A DNA stretch of 64,000 nucleotides from Chrysomallon squamiferum (taxonomy: Eukaryota > Animalia > Mollusca): NCBI GenBank assembly GCA_012295275.1, contig CM022673.1, forward strand, positions 26,722,001 through 26,786,000. Reading direction: 5' to 3'. Both the position numbers and the translations under genes were made by a program. The notes below the pieces were generated by a model. The model did not search any database. It was not told the DNA's origin and worked only from the letters and a program-made list of their open reading frames with translations. Shown here piece after piece: positions 51,791 through 64,000 of the stretch. Positions within the stretch are counted from its first letter, which is position 1. Every line of letters begins with the position of its first letter.

Positions 51791-54704
51791 TTGCTGAAAA
51801 CTGGTGTTGTTTAGACGTAATGTGAAATGGATGTTAAAATTAATATAGCATGTTTATCAGCATCTAGGAGTTCTGTTTTAGTCATGAAGCCATCGCTCAT
51901 TTTAATTGAGAAAACATGGCCCACTCAGCTTTCATTTAGACACAAGAGTGGTTTAAATTAATATTACAAAAGTCTCAAATTGAAATAAGTTAATTCCCCC
52001 CCCAAAAAAAACATTTTTTTTTAGAAATATATGATAAATAAATTAACGTTAATCATTGAAAACACAACAACATATCTAGTTAATTCTGGCATTATAAAAC
52101 ATATAAATATAAGCAGCTTGTTGTTAGCCATTTTTTCCGTTTTTTTTTTTTTTTTTTTTCTTTTTTGGATTTTTTAACTCTGTAATTATTTAAAAATGGA
52201 TTAAAAATATTGATTTCCGTTAAAGCCTTCGTTGCAAGTTAATAGTTTGATAGCTCAGAAAAGACATCAGGCATTAGCTCTTTTGTTTCCAAGCCAAAGC
52301 TGGCAAAGGAGAAGTGCGGTAATGTAATTGAAATTAACTGATATTTGTAATTTTAACAATGTGCGTCAAAAACACAACAACTACATAATTACACTGGCTT
52401 ACTCATAAATTTGATAACTGTCTGATGATTCTTACCTTTCTTTGTCCGATGCTAAACAACGGATAATCTAGAATCCTTTACGCTCTAAACATTTGTAAAC
52501 TGTAATAATTTTCATAGATTAAGTGTAATTTAAGTAATTCTCAGGTACTTAACAATACAAATGCAGCATTGAACAAAAACCTTTGTTTTCGTTCCTTAGA
52601 TAAAAAATTAAGTATTCATTTCTAAAAATACTAACAGCGAAGCTTTTTTTGTACACACACACACACACAAATACACAAGCAAACATTCATACAGACAAAC
52701 ATAGATGGAGAACAAGAAAGAGATAGAGAGAAGGAAGAAGGGATGGAGTGAAGGACAGAGGCTCTAGTACACTTGTCTTTCTTTAATTTATTGTATAATA
52801 ATCTTCAGACAAATCAATGTCAAGTGGAAATCTTTTTAAATACATTTGTTAATAAAAGTAGTCACTTGAAGCTGGATGGCTGAAGTAATCAAAGTTTTAA
52901 CAGTTTTATTAGACAGTTGACTTCAAAGTAACCTTGCTGCTGCATTCTGAAGGAGACAAATAACAATAGTGTAAAGTAATTTTGCTTTTTGTTGTCAAAC
53001 TGGTGTTGCGTTCCAGTGCCTTATGAAAAGCACTTTAAAAAACACTTTAAATGTACGGGGTTTAAGATTAACTTTTAATTAGTTACTTTGTGCTGATATG
53101 TACTGAATAACATGATATTTAAATATTTTAACAATACACTAACTGTATTAGAACAAAGCTTTTAGTTTTTTTTAAATATTGCCACTTTTGAAAACTGTCA
53201 CTGCATCTATTTTTTTTATTATTATTTTTTTTTTTCACCGTATCCCATATCACATATCACAAACTATTGTAATAATTTATAACAATAACGACACTTAGTT
53301 TTATATTTTAAGTAATGAATTTATGAATACCTGAATACCTCTCTGTAAAAAAAAATTATTAGAATTTTATTAATGTTTGCTATGTATTAATAAACCATCA
53401 AAAAAGCATTTCGGTCCATTTGTCGCACTTGAAATGACAAAAAAAAAAAGCCAAACAAAGTAAATATAAAATCTATAGAAAATAACACAGCTGAGAGTTT
53501 TTTAAAAGGCTATTTTTCAGACTGCATTTGACAACTAGTACTGTTCAGTTAACAATTGACACTCACTATATTTGAGTTGGTTCCTTTTACAAAAAGGAAA
53601 TAACACCAGCCAACAAGATACTTTATCGGGATCATTGCATTTGAGCAAGACTCGTGGATAAAACCATTCATAACCGACTTGCCCAGGTTTTTTCTCTTTG
53701 TTTCTCTTTACTTTTTACAGCCAGGCCTGTGCATATTTATTTAGCAGTTTCTTTTCTTCATGTGTCTTACCGCTGGCATTTGCTGGGACAATCGGTTTTC
53801 AAATAAGTGTGGCAATTGTTTGTGTAACCAAGAAAGTAATCTACATTCTTCAGAGGTTGCTGTTGCCAGCATGGTGCTTGCTGTATATGTGTGTGTGTGT
53901 GTGTTTGTATATGTGTGTGAAGGATTGTAACACCTGTCCGGTTAAACAGTAAGGAACAACAGGATTCTGAGAGGTATGGTGTCTTACAGTTTACATGATA
54001 ACGCATAAATAATAAAAAGATTATAAATACGTCTGTTGTATTTAGTCGGATGGTTGAAAAAGTAAAAGTTTCTCAGTATCGAATGTTGGAAGACTTGTAA
54101 TTTATTTATTTTTTATTTTTTTCAGAAATCACTGTAATAAAAATATTGATATTTTAATTCGTAATTCTCGTGATTGAATGTTTTAGTTTTGTTTTATAAA
54201 TCAGTGCAGGAATATTGATGAAAATAATTTTAAAAATAGTTGATGGTTTTAATCATTTTTCATTTTGTTGTGGTAGATGATAGCAAAATTCTTTATTTTG
54301 CTGTTTTATTGTGTGTTTTTTTTCATTTCATGAATTATTGTAGAAACAACAATTCAAGTACATTTTAATAATAAAAAAGTAATTGTTTTAGTTAACTGGA
54401 ATGAGATCTTGTTTTGAACATGGGCCATCAAGTTTAATTCTCACTAAATTAATTTGATAAAAATAATATTTTGTTTATTCAATTCAAATTAGTTCTGAAA
54501 TATACTGTACAGTATAAACTAAATTTCATGCTTTCCTTTTTGTTCAGTCCTTCATAAGTTAAAAATCAGTTTTGACTTTATTAATACTATTTAAATATTT
54601 TTTAATTTTAAAAAAAAATGGGAAACTACATATTTTTATTTGATTTTATTTATTTGTGAGTATTTTTATTTTATTATTTTATTTAATTTTTTTTTATTTT
54701 ATTA

Positions 54705-54739
<35 letters not shown>

Positions 54740-54750
54740 TATTTTTGTAG

Positions 54751-54797
<47 letters not shown>

Positions 54798-55863
54798 TAT
54801 ATATTAAGAATTTCTGAAGTGCCAATCCCACTATACAAGTCATATTTACTTTTGTTTTTCATAAGACAACACCTTAATCATACGAACGATTGAACATATA
54901 TTCGTAAACAACATATTAATGCAATTTGTCACAACTAATAATAATAATAATAATAATAATACAAAAAAAAAAAAATAAATAAATAAAAAGATTTCTCAGG
55001 TGTAAAAAGTATTCCCATTGCTCTGAAGGGTTGTCTAGGATGCAACATCTGATGCAAAGGTCAAGGGAGATACACAGAATAATGTGTTCTGATGTGTATA
55101 TGAGACTAGACGAGATCAACAGATTAGCATTTAATTAGATCATTAAAATTAGATGAGTGAACAAGTTGCCTATCCCAGATGTATTATGGTCATGCAATTT
55201 GATTCGCGCTGACAGAGGTAGTTGTCTTGCTAATGCTGTTAACATACTCTGCCTTGATCACCGAGTCTTATTTGTTACGGAAAGGCTAGAAGTAGGTATT
55301 TCTTCATTATACATCCGCATGCCTATTTTTTTTTCTTTTTAAATTATTTTTCTTTCTTGTTTTTTTTGTTCTTTTTTGTTCTTTCTTTTCTTTGATTTTT
55401 TTTTTTTTTTTTTTTTTTTTGAACCAAAAAAGCAACAACAAAAAACAGCAATATATCATGGTTTTTGTGTTGTTTCTTTTTGTTTTATTTATTTATTTTT
55501 TTTACGATTTTTTTTATTTTACACAAAACAGACTTGTTTGCTGTGGTCTGTGTGTGTATGTATGTATGTGTATATATATATATATATTTATTTATTTGGC
55601 TGCATTTTATTCTTATATCTATTTTTTTACTGATTAAAAACTTGTGTAACTTTTGATATATTAATGCTGAAAAAGAAATCTCTTGACTTTTAATCATTTA
55701 AATAATCATAATGCCATAACTTGATATTTATTTTGATGTATTAAAATCAAAGAGTGGATATTTGAATTATTTTTGGTAATTGTTTCATTACATGCTGTTT
55801 CATTGCTTTGTATGTGTGTGTTATTGTACATTTATTTGTTGTATATGTGTTTGTATGGGTATT

Positions 55864-55904
<41 letters not shown>

Positions 55905-55941
55905 CTTTCAGCTATTCACATAGAGAAATTCAGTTACTGTA

Positions 55942-56424
55942 TTTCATTTTGTAAAGTTCAGGAAACATCTGTAAACAAGAATATGTATGTAACTAGATCA
56001 GTGGCATGTCAGTGAATTTAGGTTTGTGTATTTCACAGATGTAACAGATGAAGTATTGTTTGATCCACAACAACACTCTTTTATTTTAAAACCAAATCAT
56101 TCAAATTAAACATGCACTATCTCCTTAAAACAGCTGCAAATAGTTGTACAATAACAAGTGATTTTAAAAACTGTTAATTTACTATTATTATTCAATTTGT
56201 TGTTGTTGTTGTAAATGTCATCATAACATTTTAATATTTTGCATTCGTGCACATAAACACATTGACATACTTTTTTCTCTCTCTCTCTCACATATATATA
56301 TATATGTGTATATATATTGGAAAAACTTTTCTTATTGGATCATTCTGTTTCATTTTGTAATGTTCAGGAAACATCTGTAAACAAGAATATGTATGTAACT
56401 AGAACCTATTCTATATGTCAGTGA
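55942..56424. repeat. Dispersed local duplication of ~55-75 bp, 406 bp apart
   Basis: TTTCATTTTGTAA.GTTCAGGAAACATCTGTAAACAAGAATATGTATGTAACTAGA at 55942 and 56348, each followed by TGTCAGTGA. Confidence 0.9.
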
Positions 56425-56874
56425 GTATAAAGATGTTTATGCTTTACAGCTGTTCTTTAAACAGCCTGGTTGAAATAAGTTATCTTGTAATTTGCAAAAT
56501 GTATTTTTATTGGTGCAAAACAAGATCGTAATGAAAAGATCACTATTTACTGAACATTTTAAAGTTAACACTTTAACTAACTTAGCTAGATGAACATCCT
56601 TTCTGTAATATTTTCACTTATAATTTTTTGTCTTAGGCTACATAGTGTTTGTGTGTACACACACTTGCTTGAAACAGACTTATGTCTTTGTTTTCAACAT
56701 GTATCATTACTTAAAGTATTGGAAATGACATGTTTGTTTTTGTGCACGTTCAAGGATCATGTAGATATGAGAAAAGTACATTAGGCTTGTTAATGTTTTG
56801 TGACTTTTAAAAAGGAGGAATTATTCTAATTTCTACAATAAACATTCAACAAGATTATGTTGAAGAGGCTTTGA

Positions 56875-57202
56875 ACAAATGCCCATTTGTCAGGATATAA
56901 GACTGCACTACACTTACAAATACCCGAATGGTCAGGGCAAAAGACTTCACTAGACTTACAAATGCCTGAGTGATTAGGGCAAAAGACTTCACTAGACTTA
57001 CAAAAGCCTGAGTGATCAGGGCAAAAGACTTCACTAGACTTACAAATGCCCACTGGTCAGGGCAAAAGACTTCACTAGACTTACAAATGCCTGAGTGATC
57101 ATGGTCAAAAGACTTCACTAGACTTACAAATGCCCATTGATCAGGGCAAAAGACTTCACTACACTTACAAATGCCAGTTAGTCAGGGCAAAATTCTTCAC
57201 TA
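56875..57202. repeat. 41-43-bp minisatellite, ~8 copies
   Basis: Consensus ACAAATGCC(n7-8)CAGGGCAAAAGACTTCACTAGACTT. Units start at 56875, 56916, 56958, 57000, 57042, 57083, 57126 and 57167. Confidence 0.95.
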
Positions 57203-57581
57203 TGCCAAATGCTCAGGATAAAACATTTACAAATAACCAGTGTGATAAAAAGGCTTTACTTCAGTCAAAAGGAGAAATGTGTGAGAGAAATGTTTTGTGG
57301 TTAGGGATAAACATTTATGATAAATAATTAATTACAATGGTCAGAAAAAACCCAAGATACACATATATATATATGTTTAATTTTTTACTTAAGTTTTTGC
57401 GTGGGCTGAAAAAGCAGACAACAACTCCACTCATTACAAGTCATCATCATTTCCATATTACTGGAAAGATTTATGTATTTTTGTCCATTCTCACACACCA
57501 ATTAAGAAACGTAAAGGATTTTGTTGCTTTATTTTCATAATACCCCTGAGTCTCGAGTGAGAATAGACAGTTAATTACCAC

Positions 57582-57655
57582 TGTCTGTAATCACTGTGCA
57601 GGTAGATGCGGCAGTTTACAGTCTGCATCTGCTGTATGGTAGATAATTGCAGGTG
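57582..57655 (+). ncRNA. Candidate intronic pre-miRNA-like hairpin
   Basis: Hand-folded: 18-bp upper stem with one bulge, 11-nt loop, and ~10-bp basal stem. No match to conserved miRNAs that I recognise. Confidence 0.3.
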
Positions 57656-58498
57656 TCATCTATGATGGTGTGTTATGGTTTATGCCAGTAAACTCAGACA
57701 ATCTGGATTATTCAATACAACAACTGCAGCTACAGCTTGATTAATTATTCTGTAATCTCTTTATTAACACCTGTGGTCGAAGTCTAAATATGATTTATCT
57801 CATCTGTAATGTTTCATATTTCCAATGTTAATGACAATGAATTTTATTCTCGTAAATTGTAGGTTACAGTACAGAGCTGAAGTAATAATTCAAAATTAAA
57901 ATTTGTTAGAAGTTTGAGAAGTTTGAAAATATTCTGGAGATGATGTTTTTTGTTTAGCTAATTTTTTATATTTGATTTTGTTCTTGTAAGTTAATATAAG
58001 CAAATATAATGATGATGATAATGACATAGAAGGAAGATTAAAAAAAAAAAAAAGCCAAAAAAAAAGATTGTTATTTCATTTTATCTGGTAATTTATATGT
58101 TTATCTTAAGGTAAAAAAAAAAAAAAAGATCCTTGATGGCTTAATTTTAATAATTCACATAAATACCCAAAGCTGTGTTTAATCTTTAAAATGAAAATAA
58201 ATGGAGTATTTTTAGATGTTAATGATCTGTTTATGTATATTTTCCATTGTTATGGATCGTAATCTGCCTTTAACTTGAAGCCTTTTGATCTTTTGTAAAG
58301 TTTACAAGATCTTTTTTTTTTTTAAAGGTTTCTTCTTTCATTCTTTCATACGCATTTTAAACCAAAGAGCTTTGAAATCTGTAGAGATGATAATTTAATG
58401 GGAAAAGATCTGAAGGTACTAAGGATAGAAGCATTTCCTAATTGGATATATCAATTTTTGTAGATAGAATTAGAACAAAAAAAAACCCCAAAACTCAA

Positions 58499-58559
<61 letters not shown>

Positions 58560-58713
58560 TGGTAATAAATAAATAAATAAATAAATAAATAATAATATAC
58601 TCTTCACAACACATGCCCAAATTAAAAAGAACAGAAATTTTCCCAAAATTATGATTTATTGTTTACACCACAGACTAAATCAGCTCATAAATTTGCAGTG
58701 GTTGTTTTTTCGT

Positions 58714-58745
<32 letters not shown>

Positions 58746-61700
58746 CATTGTCTGCATCATGCAGCATTTAAAAAAACACCCCAAAACAACATCCCACACT
58801 CACATCTGCAAGCCATATTTCATGAGTACAAAGAGAACTTTAAGGTATCTGGTGGGGAAAGTGTGTGGGTTTGATTCATAACTGATGATGCAGAGACTTA
58901 TTGTTGTCTGCCTTCTCACCCAACCATTTGTTTCGATTACAACATCATGCCACCTTTTGCTCATGAGAAAGAAAAAAAAAAAAATATTAAAAAATATAAA
59001 GGAAATTTTGACCCGAATTTCCTTCACCATAATAAACTGGTCTGCCAAGAAATATCGCCTGATTTTTTTTTTTTTTTTCCTGTCCTAAGGAATTGTATCT
59101 TAGTACACAGATCAGCGCCGTTGTAAACTGTTTACACGTTCAGCAGCAGTAATCTGTTGGACTTAGACACTTGGTGGGTGAGGAGATGTATCTGTAGATA
59201 ACAAGTTACCTGGTCGTAAAGCACCGGTAAATGCCAATTTATTGTAATTTATTGTAATTTATAACGTCTGTGTAATTCAGATGTATACGTTTTCTGTTCC
59301 ACTCTGTTGTCATTTAATATTATTAATGTTTTTCCACGATTAAAGGTGATTGATTTTTTTTTTTTTTTTTTTTACAATTTGTGTGGATTTTTTTTTTAAA
59401 TTTGGAAATGATTATTATGGCATTAGTGAATGCTGTGATAAGGTAAAAATTAGTATTATGAATTTGCATTAATATATATGTGAATGATAATTGATAAGAG
59501 TGTGATTGAGTATGTGCATAGGCATAAAAGACTAATGCATAAACAGATTGTGTTTAGGATAGATTAATTGTGAAAAATGTAATGTTCAAATATTTCAATA
59601 CAAAGTATTTTTTTTCATTTCTTTTATAAAAATGTATATTAGACCTTTGAAATAAAGAATATAAAATAAAAATTATAGAAAATCAATTTTGAGAAAAGGT
59701 CTTGCATCAGATTGTAATTTATCTTAATATAACCTACCTAGCACTAAATTAATGTTATTAAGTTAAAATAATTCTTGTGTATTATTCAAAATTTTGATTT
59801 CTCTTCTATGTGTCTCATATTTTTGTAACTCTTTTTTTTTTTTTTTCTTCAAATTCACCATTAATGAGAAGTCACATATTTGATTAAATTTAATTTTCGG
59901 TCTGTTTTCTTTGTTAAGGTTTTTATCTTTTTTTTTTTTCACATTCATTTGATTAGTTCTTTTTTTTTTTTTTTTTCTTAATGACAGGTGTTTCATTAGT
60001 GTTTATACAAAGTAATGAAAATTAGATCTGCCAATTGCAGAAAACAAGTTTTAAAAAAAAAAAAAAAAAAAAAATTGTGTTTTTTTTTTTTTTTTTCTTC
60101 AGCTTTAGGCAAAGAAACCAACCCCCAAAAAAAGTTTTAAATTTAATTTCAACAACAATTGTTAGAGAAATAAAAAAATAAAATATTTTCTCACCTAGAT
60201 TCATTGGTAGCATTATTATATTTTTTGACACTAATGTTTTTATTTTTTTATTTTAGTATTTTTCATTTTTTTAATTATTAAATTTCCAGACACGTAATGT
60301 ATATGTAAATATAAAAAAAATAAATAAAAATAAAAACAAACAAAAAAACAAGCAGACAAAAATGACAAGAAATTATTATTATTTTCATTATTATTTTTAA
60401 ATGCATTTGCACAACAGTACTGAACTGTATACTTTCCATTCATAGGTTAATCATGTCCAAAACAGAAATCATTCTGATTTGTGCTTAGTTTTATCTTGTA
60501 ACTTAAGCCTGTGTACAAATATCTCTGTTTTTGTTACAGTTCTTCTTGGACAGGGAAATGAATTACCTCTAAACAGTAGTTTACTGTATTTTGTGCTAGA
60601 TTTTCTTTATCAACCATACCACAATGCACCATCATGCATGCAACCATCTTAGAAAGAAAAAAAAAAAAAAAAGAATAAGAACATCCATGCAAAATGAAAA
60701 ACCTAAGTTAAACTTTAGGAGGATTCAGTATTACAAGCTCTGTGTTTACTTGTTTTTTTTTTTTTTGTTTTTTATTATCAAAAAACTAAAAAATGTGTAA
60801 AGAAAGCGATTAACAGATAGTTGTCTTAAAAAATGTATTTGTTTTATGTTTTTTTTTAAAATAATTTATTTGTTTATATTAATTAAATTTATTTTATTTA
60901 TCTAGAGGTTTTTATCTCATTTGATTCAGTATTAAATAACTTCAGCTACTTTTGCTTATTCGGGGTATTACCTCGGAACAAAATTCTCTTTGAATCGAGT
61001 TAAACTGTATCACAAAGGTCTCCCCTCTTTCATTTTGATAAAGATCTTTCCTGACAGTTCTTTCTGTTGGCTGATTTTGTTTATTCCATCTGATTTGAGA
61101 TTTATGGCTTGATAAAGTAATTTTTCTGCCTTCAGTTTAATTGGTTTTATATATGGTCTTTAAACCAGTTTTATTGATGAATAAAAAGCCTTTCAGGAAC
61201 CATATCCTTGCAGAATGTGTTTGTCTTGGTGGAAGAAGTGTGTTTTTTATTTTTTATTTTTTATTTTTTTAAGAATCTGCAGAAATTAAAAACTGAAGTA
61301 ACTATTGGACAGTTCTAAACATTGGTGACTGGCAAGGAAAACATTATGTACCCCGTATTTCAGTAATATGGTGTTTTGGTGTTTTTACATTTTTTTTTTT
61401 TTTCATTTTAGAACCTGATATTCTTGTAGAGTAAGAGATGTTGTTAAAAAAATATGTGATGCAATATTGATTGTATTTTTTATTTTTATTTTTTGTTTTT
61501 TTCATCGTTCTTGTTTTGTAAGCTAATATTTGGATAAACAGCAAAGTTGTAAGCTGATTGCAAAAAACTAAGAGTATCAGAGACGATGTTTATGTTTACT
61601 AATTTATTCTCTGAACCAAAATTTTAACTATTTTAATAGGTTTTGTTTATTTATTTATATTTTATTTATTTATTTATTTATTTATTTTTTTATTATTTTT

Positions 61701-62301
61701 ATTATTTATATATATTTATTTATTATTTTTTTTTTATTTTTTATCTTGCTGTGTGTGATTATATAAAGTTACAGTGTCAGTGGATTAATAAACACACATC
61801 TCACTCTTGTCCAACACAACCATACTTTTCCTGTCCACAATTCTGTTCAAACATCACTGAACTGACATGAAATTGCTATTGAATTGGCATCTGAAGATCT
61901 TAGATTAAACCCCATTAATTTCGTTTCAAGTGTTCCTTTGAACACACGACACCTTCCGGCATTGTCTAGTTTTCATCTCGGTTGTTTGGTAAGCAGTAAA
62001 AAGTTTGTGAAGTTTTTGGTCCTTCAAGGGTCTGAGTGTGACTAAATCAATTGAGAGAGAACAAAAATTTATTCTTTTTCCCCCTGCAAGTGGAAAAATC
62101 AATTAGATCAATGAGCATTTGTGAGAAAACATACACCAAGTGTTCGTTGTTGAGTTGTTTTTAATATCGCTGTGCCAATAGATTGAATTTCATATTTCAC
62201 CTTCTCGTTCAGTGATGACCAGTTTGTTTTTCATGTTTTTGTTTTTATTGTTAATATTCTTTTTTTTTTTTATTGTTATTTTATATTTTTATTTGTTTGT
62301 T

Positions 62302-62344
<43 letters not shown>

Positions 62345-64000
62345 TTTTTTTATTTTTTTTTTTTTTAATGTATTCTAATTTTATTAATTCATTTAATTAT
62401 TTATTTATTCATTTATTTATTTATTTTTTTATTTTTTTATTATTTTTATTACTATTTTGTTATTTTGCTTTATTTTATGTTTAACATTTTAAAATCTTAT
62501 TGCTTTTATTTTTTTAATTTTCAGTTTTCTGATTTATCATTATTTTCTTTATTAAACATGTATACACAATTCTATTTATTTTAAAATTGTATATTTTCTT
62601 TGCTTATTTATTATTTTTTATTTGAATTTTATTTTTCTGTTTTAGTTTTAATGGTTATTCTTCTATAGCAAAAATATTACTTTTAAAAGGCTCCTGTTAT
62701 AAATTATAAAACAGTATCTCTATTTTTATAATGTTATAACTTTCATTTAAAACAAGTATTAAAATGTTTTCTCCCAAAAGACAGAATTGATGTTTGGGTA
62801 TATGGGGACAGGTTTATACTTACCTCAAATATACATCAATTTAAGCATTAGTATTTCATGTTTAAATTACCTTTCATATATGCACGTACACCCACATATA
62901 AACATAATTTGTTATGTATTTAAGAGTTAGAATGTGTAGATTCTGTGCTTACAGATGCATCTACCCACTCATGTAATAACACATACACATAGACATACAC
63001 ATGCACATACACATACACATACAGTGTGATGTGCAAGCCAACATTCTGTTCAACAATATAAATCCTTTGATTAAAAAAAAAAATCATTATATTCTTATTT
63101 TAGCTATTCTCAGTTCAAAGGGAGTGATATAATTTTATTGTCGACCAATCTGTTTTATTGTGTGTGTCATAATTACTGTTTCTTCAAAAGAAAATGATTA
63201 ACCTATAAACTTACTATAAAGCAGTGAATTGAATGATAAAAAAAAATATCTGATTATCAAGCCAGATATTTACAGTATTATTTTTTTTCAACATTACATG
63301 AAACAAATATTATATTGACCAAAGACTTTTCCCCCCACAAAAAAAAAGGAAATTAAAATATATTTAATGCAGGTAAATAAAAAAAAAAAATTAAAATCTA
63401 ATCGTGTTATTTTGTTGCTATGTTGCTGTCAGTGATTCTTTTGTTGAAGTTGCCTAAAATAAGTGTCCTGTCATCTAATAATGAGTGAAACGATTTTCAT
63501 ACAGGGACAAAAAAAATGCTGTGATTTTTGTATTCTTTGAAAAGCCTGAGATTTGACAAGTTCATAATATCTGAACCATTTATTATTTCATTTCTGCATC
63601 TATACCGGTGTGTTGCCTGGAAATGATTGATCACATTTCTGTGAAATATAAATAGCTCCATCCAAGCATGCACTGCAAATTACCATGTGATAAGCCTGGG
63701 CCCATTGTTAACTCCCGAGTGCCATAATATACCTTCTTTTAATACTGACCATCTGGAAAAATACTTTCCTGACATTTGTGAGAAAGAGCAAACGCTAACA
63801 TGTGTTGTTTTTCGATAACTCGGTGTTTATTCCAGAGAGATCCTTTCCTTACCTTGCTGCATGACAGAGGTTATCAGTGTCCGATTTCATTAAAAAATCT
63901 TGTAACCATTGTTCAAACAACGGTTTTGTTTGTTGCAGGCCGGTATTGGAAATCAATGCAGATATTCATTGCAGATGGAATTAAAAAAAAAAAAAATTTA

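Noticed and set aside
56960-57030. Hammerhead ribozyme or retrozyme in the 42-bp repeat (CTGAGTGA)
   Set aside because: The core does not fit CUGANGA and there is no GAAA with stems II/III. Other CTGANGA hits I looked at in the window also lack them.
56875-57202. CRISPR-like repeat/spacer appearance
   Set aside because: The variable parts are only 7-8 nt, related to each other and partly identical. There are no cas genes and the context is eukaryotic.
288-62484. Most ORFs in the supplied track (poly-L/I/Y/F, RE, HT, CV, SL repeats)
   Set aside because: They are translations of microsatellites and homopolymers, often with non-ATG starts, and have no splice or family support.
62816-62825. U1 snRNA 5' end (ATACTTACCT)
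   Set aside because: The rest of U1 is absent. It is simply a reverse-complement donor-like motif with no partner exon found.
9600-63900. Apparent excess of TGACAG (Meis/TALE) and TGCATG (Rbfox) motifs, including TGACAG-agc-CTGTCA at ~24257
   Set aside because: Both motifs are built from TG/CA dinucleotides that CpG deamination inflates. Enrichment cannot be claimed without a Markov-background test.

Overview
AT-rich animal (metazoan) genomic DNA full of microsatellites. It is almost entirely non-coding and is not prokaryotic: there are no operons, CRISPR arrays, rRNA genes or intact tRNA genes. Nearly all ORFs in the supplied track are microsatellite artefacts. The repeat content is reminiscent of gastropod molluscs (inference only). 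Layout, left to right: (1) the first two coding exons of a minus-strand gene encoding a signal-peptide protein (MTFKDVTHILYLLVFLILQEFEQ|VLSEYCDGDLS...), which runs off the left edge; (2) a visibly CpG-rich intergenic/promoter domain of about 8 kb (~1.3-9.5 kb); (3) a sharp switch to CpG-depleted DNA just after a plus-strand GTAAGT donor at 9231. The third part is consistent with the methylated, giant-intron 5' portion of a plus-strand gene, for which I see only candidate UTR exons, a candidate microexon and a possible alternative first exon. The introns hold a decayed piggyBac transposase, a Tigger4/Zombi-like MITE with TA target-site duplication, three diverged copies of one SINE, a foldback-like remnant, three minisatellites (one with higher-order structure) and a candidate intronic pre-miRNA hairpin. 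I found no demonstrably new biological system. The best leads are the plus-strand hairpin at 57.6 kb, the spliced Trp-rich uORF, the UGC-preceded 21-nt microexon, the three-arm hairpin at 6.4-6.6 kb and the Tigger4-like MITE. All calls were made by eye; no searches or folding programs were run.
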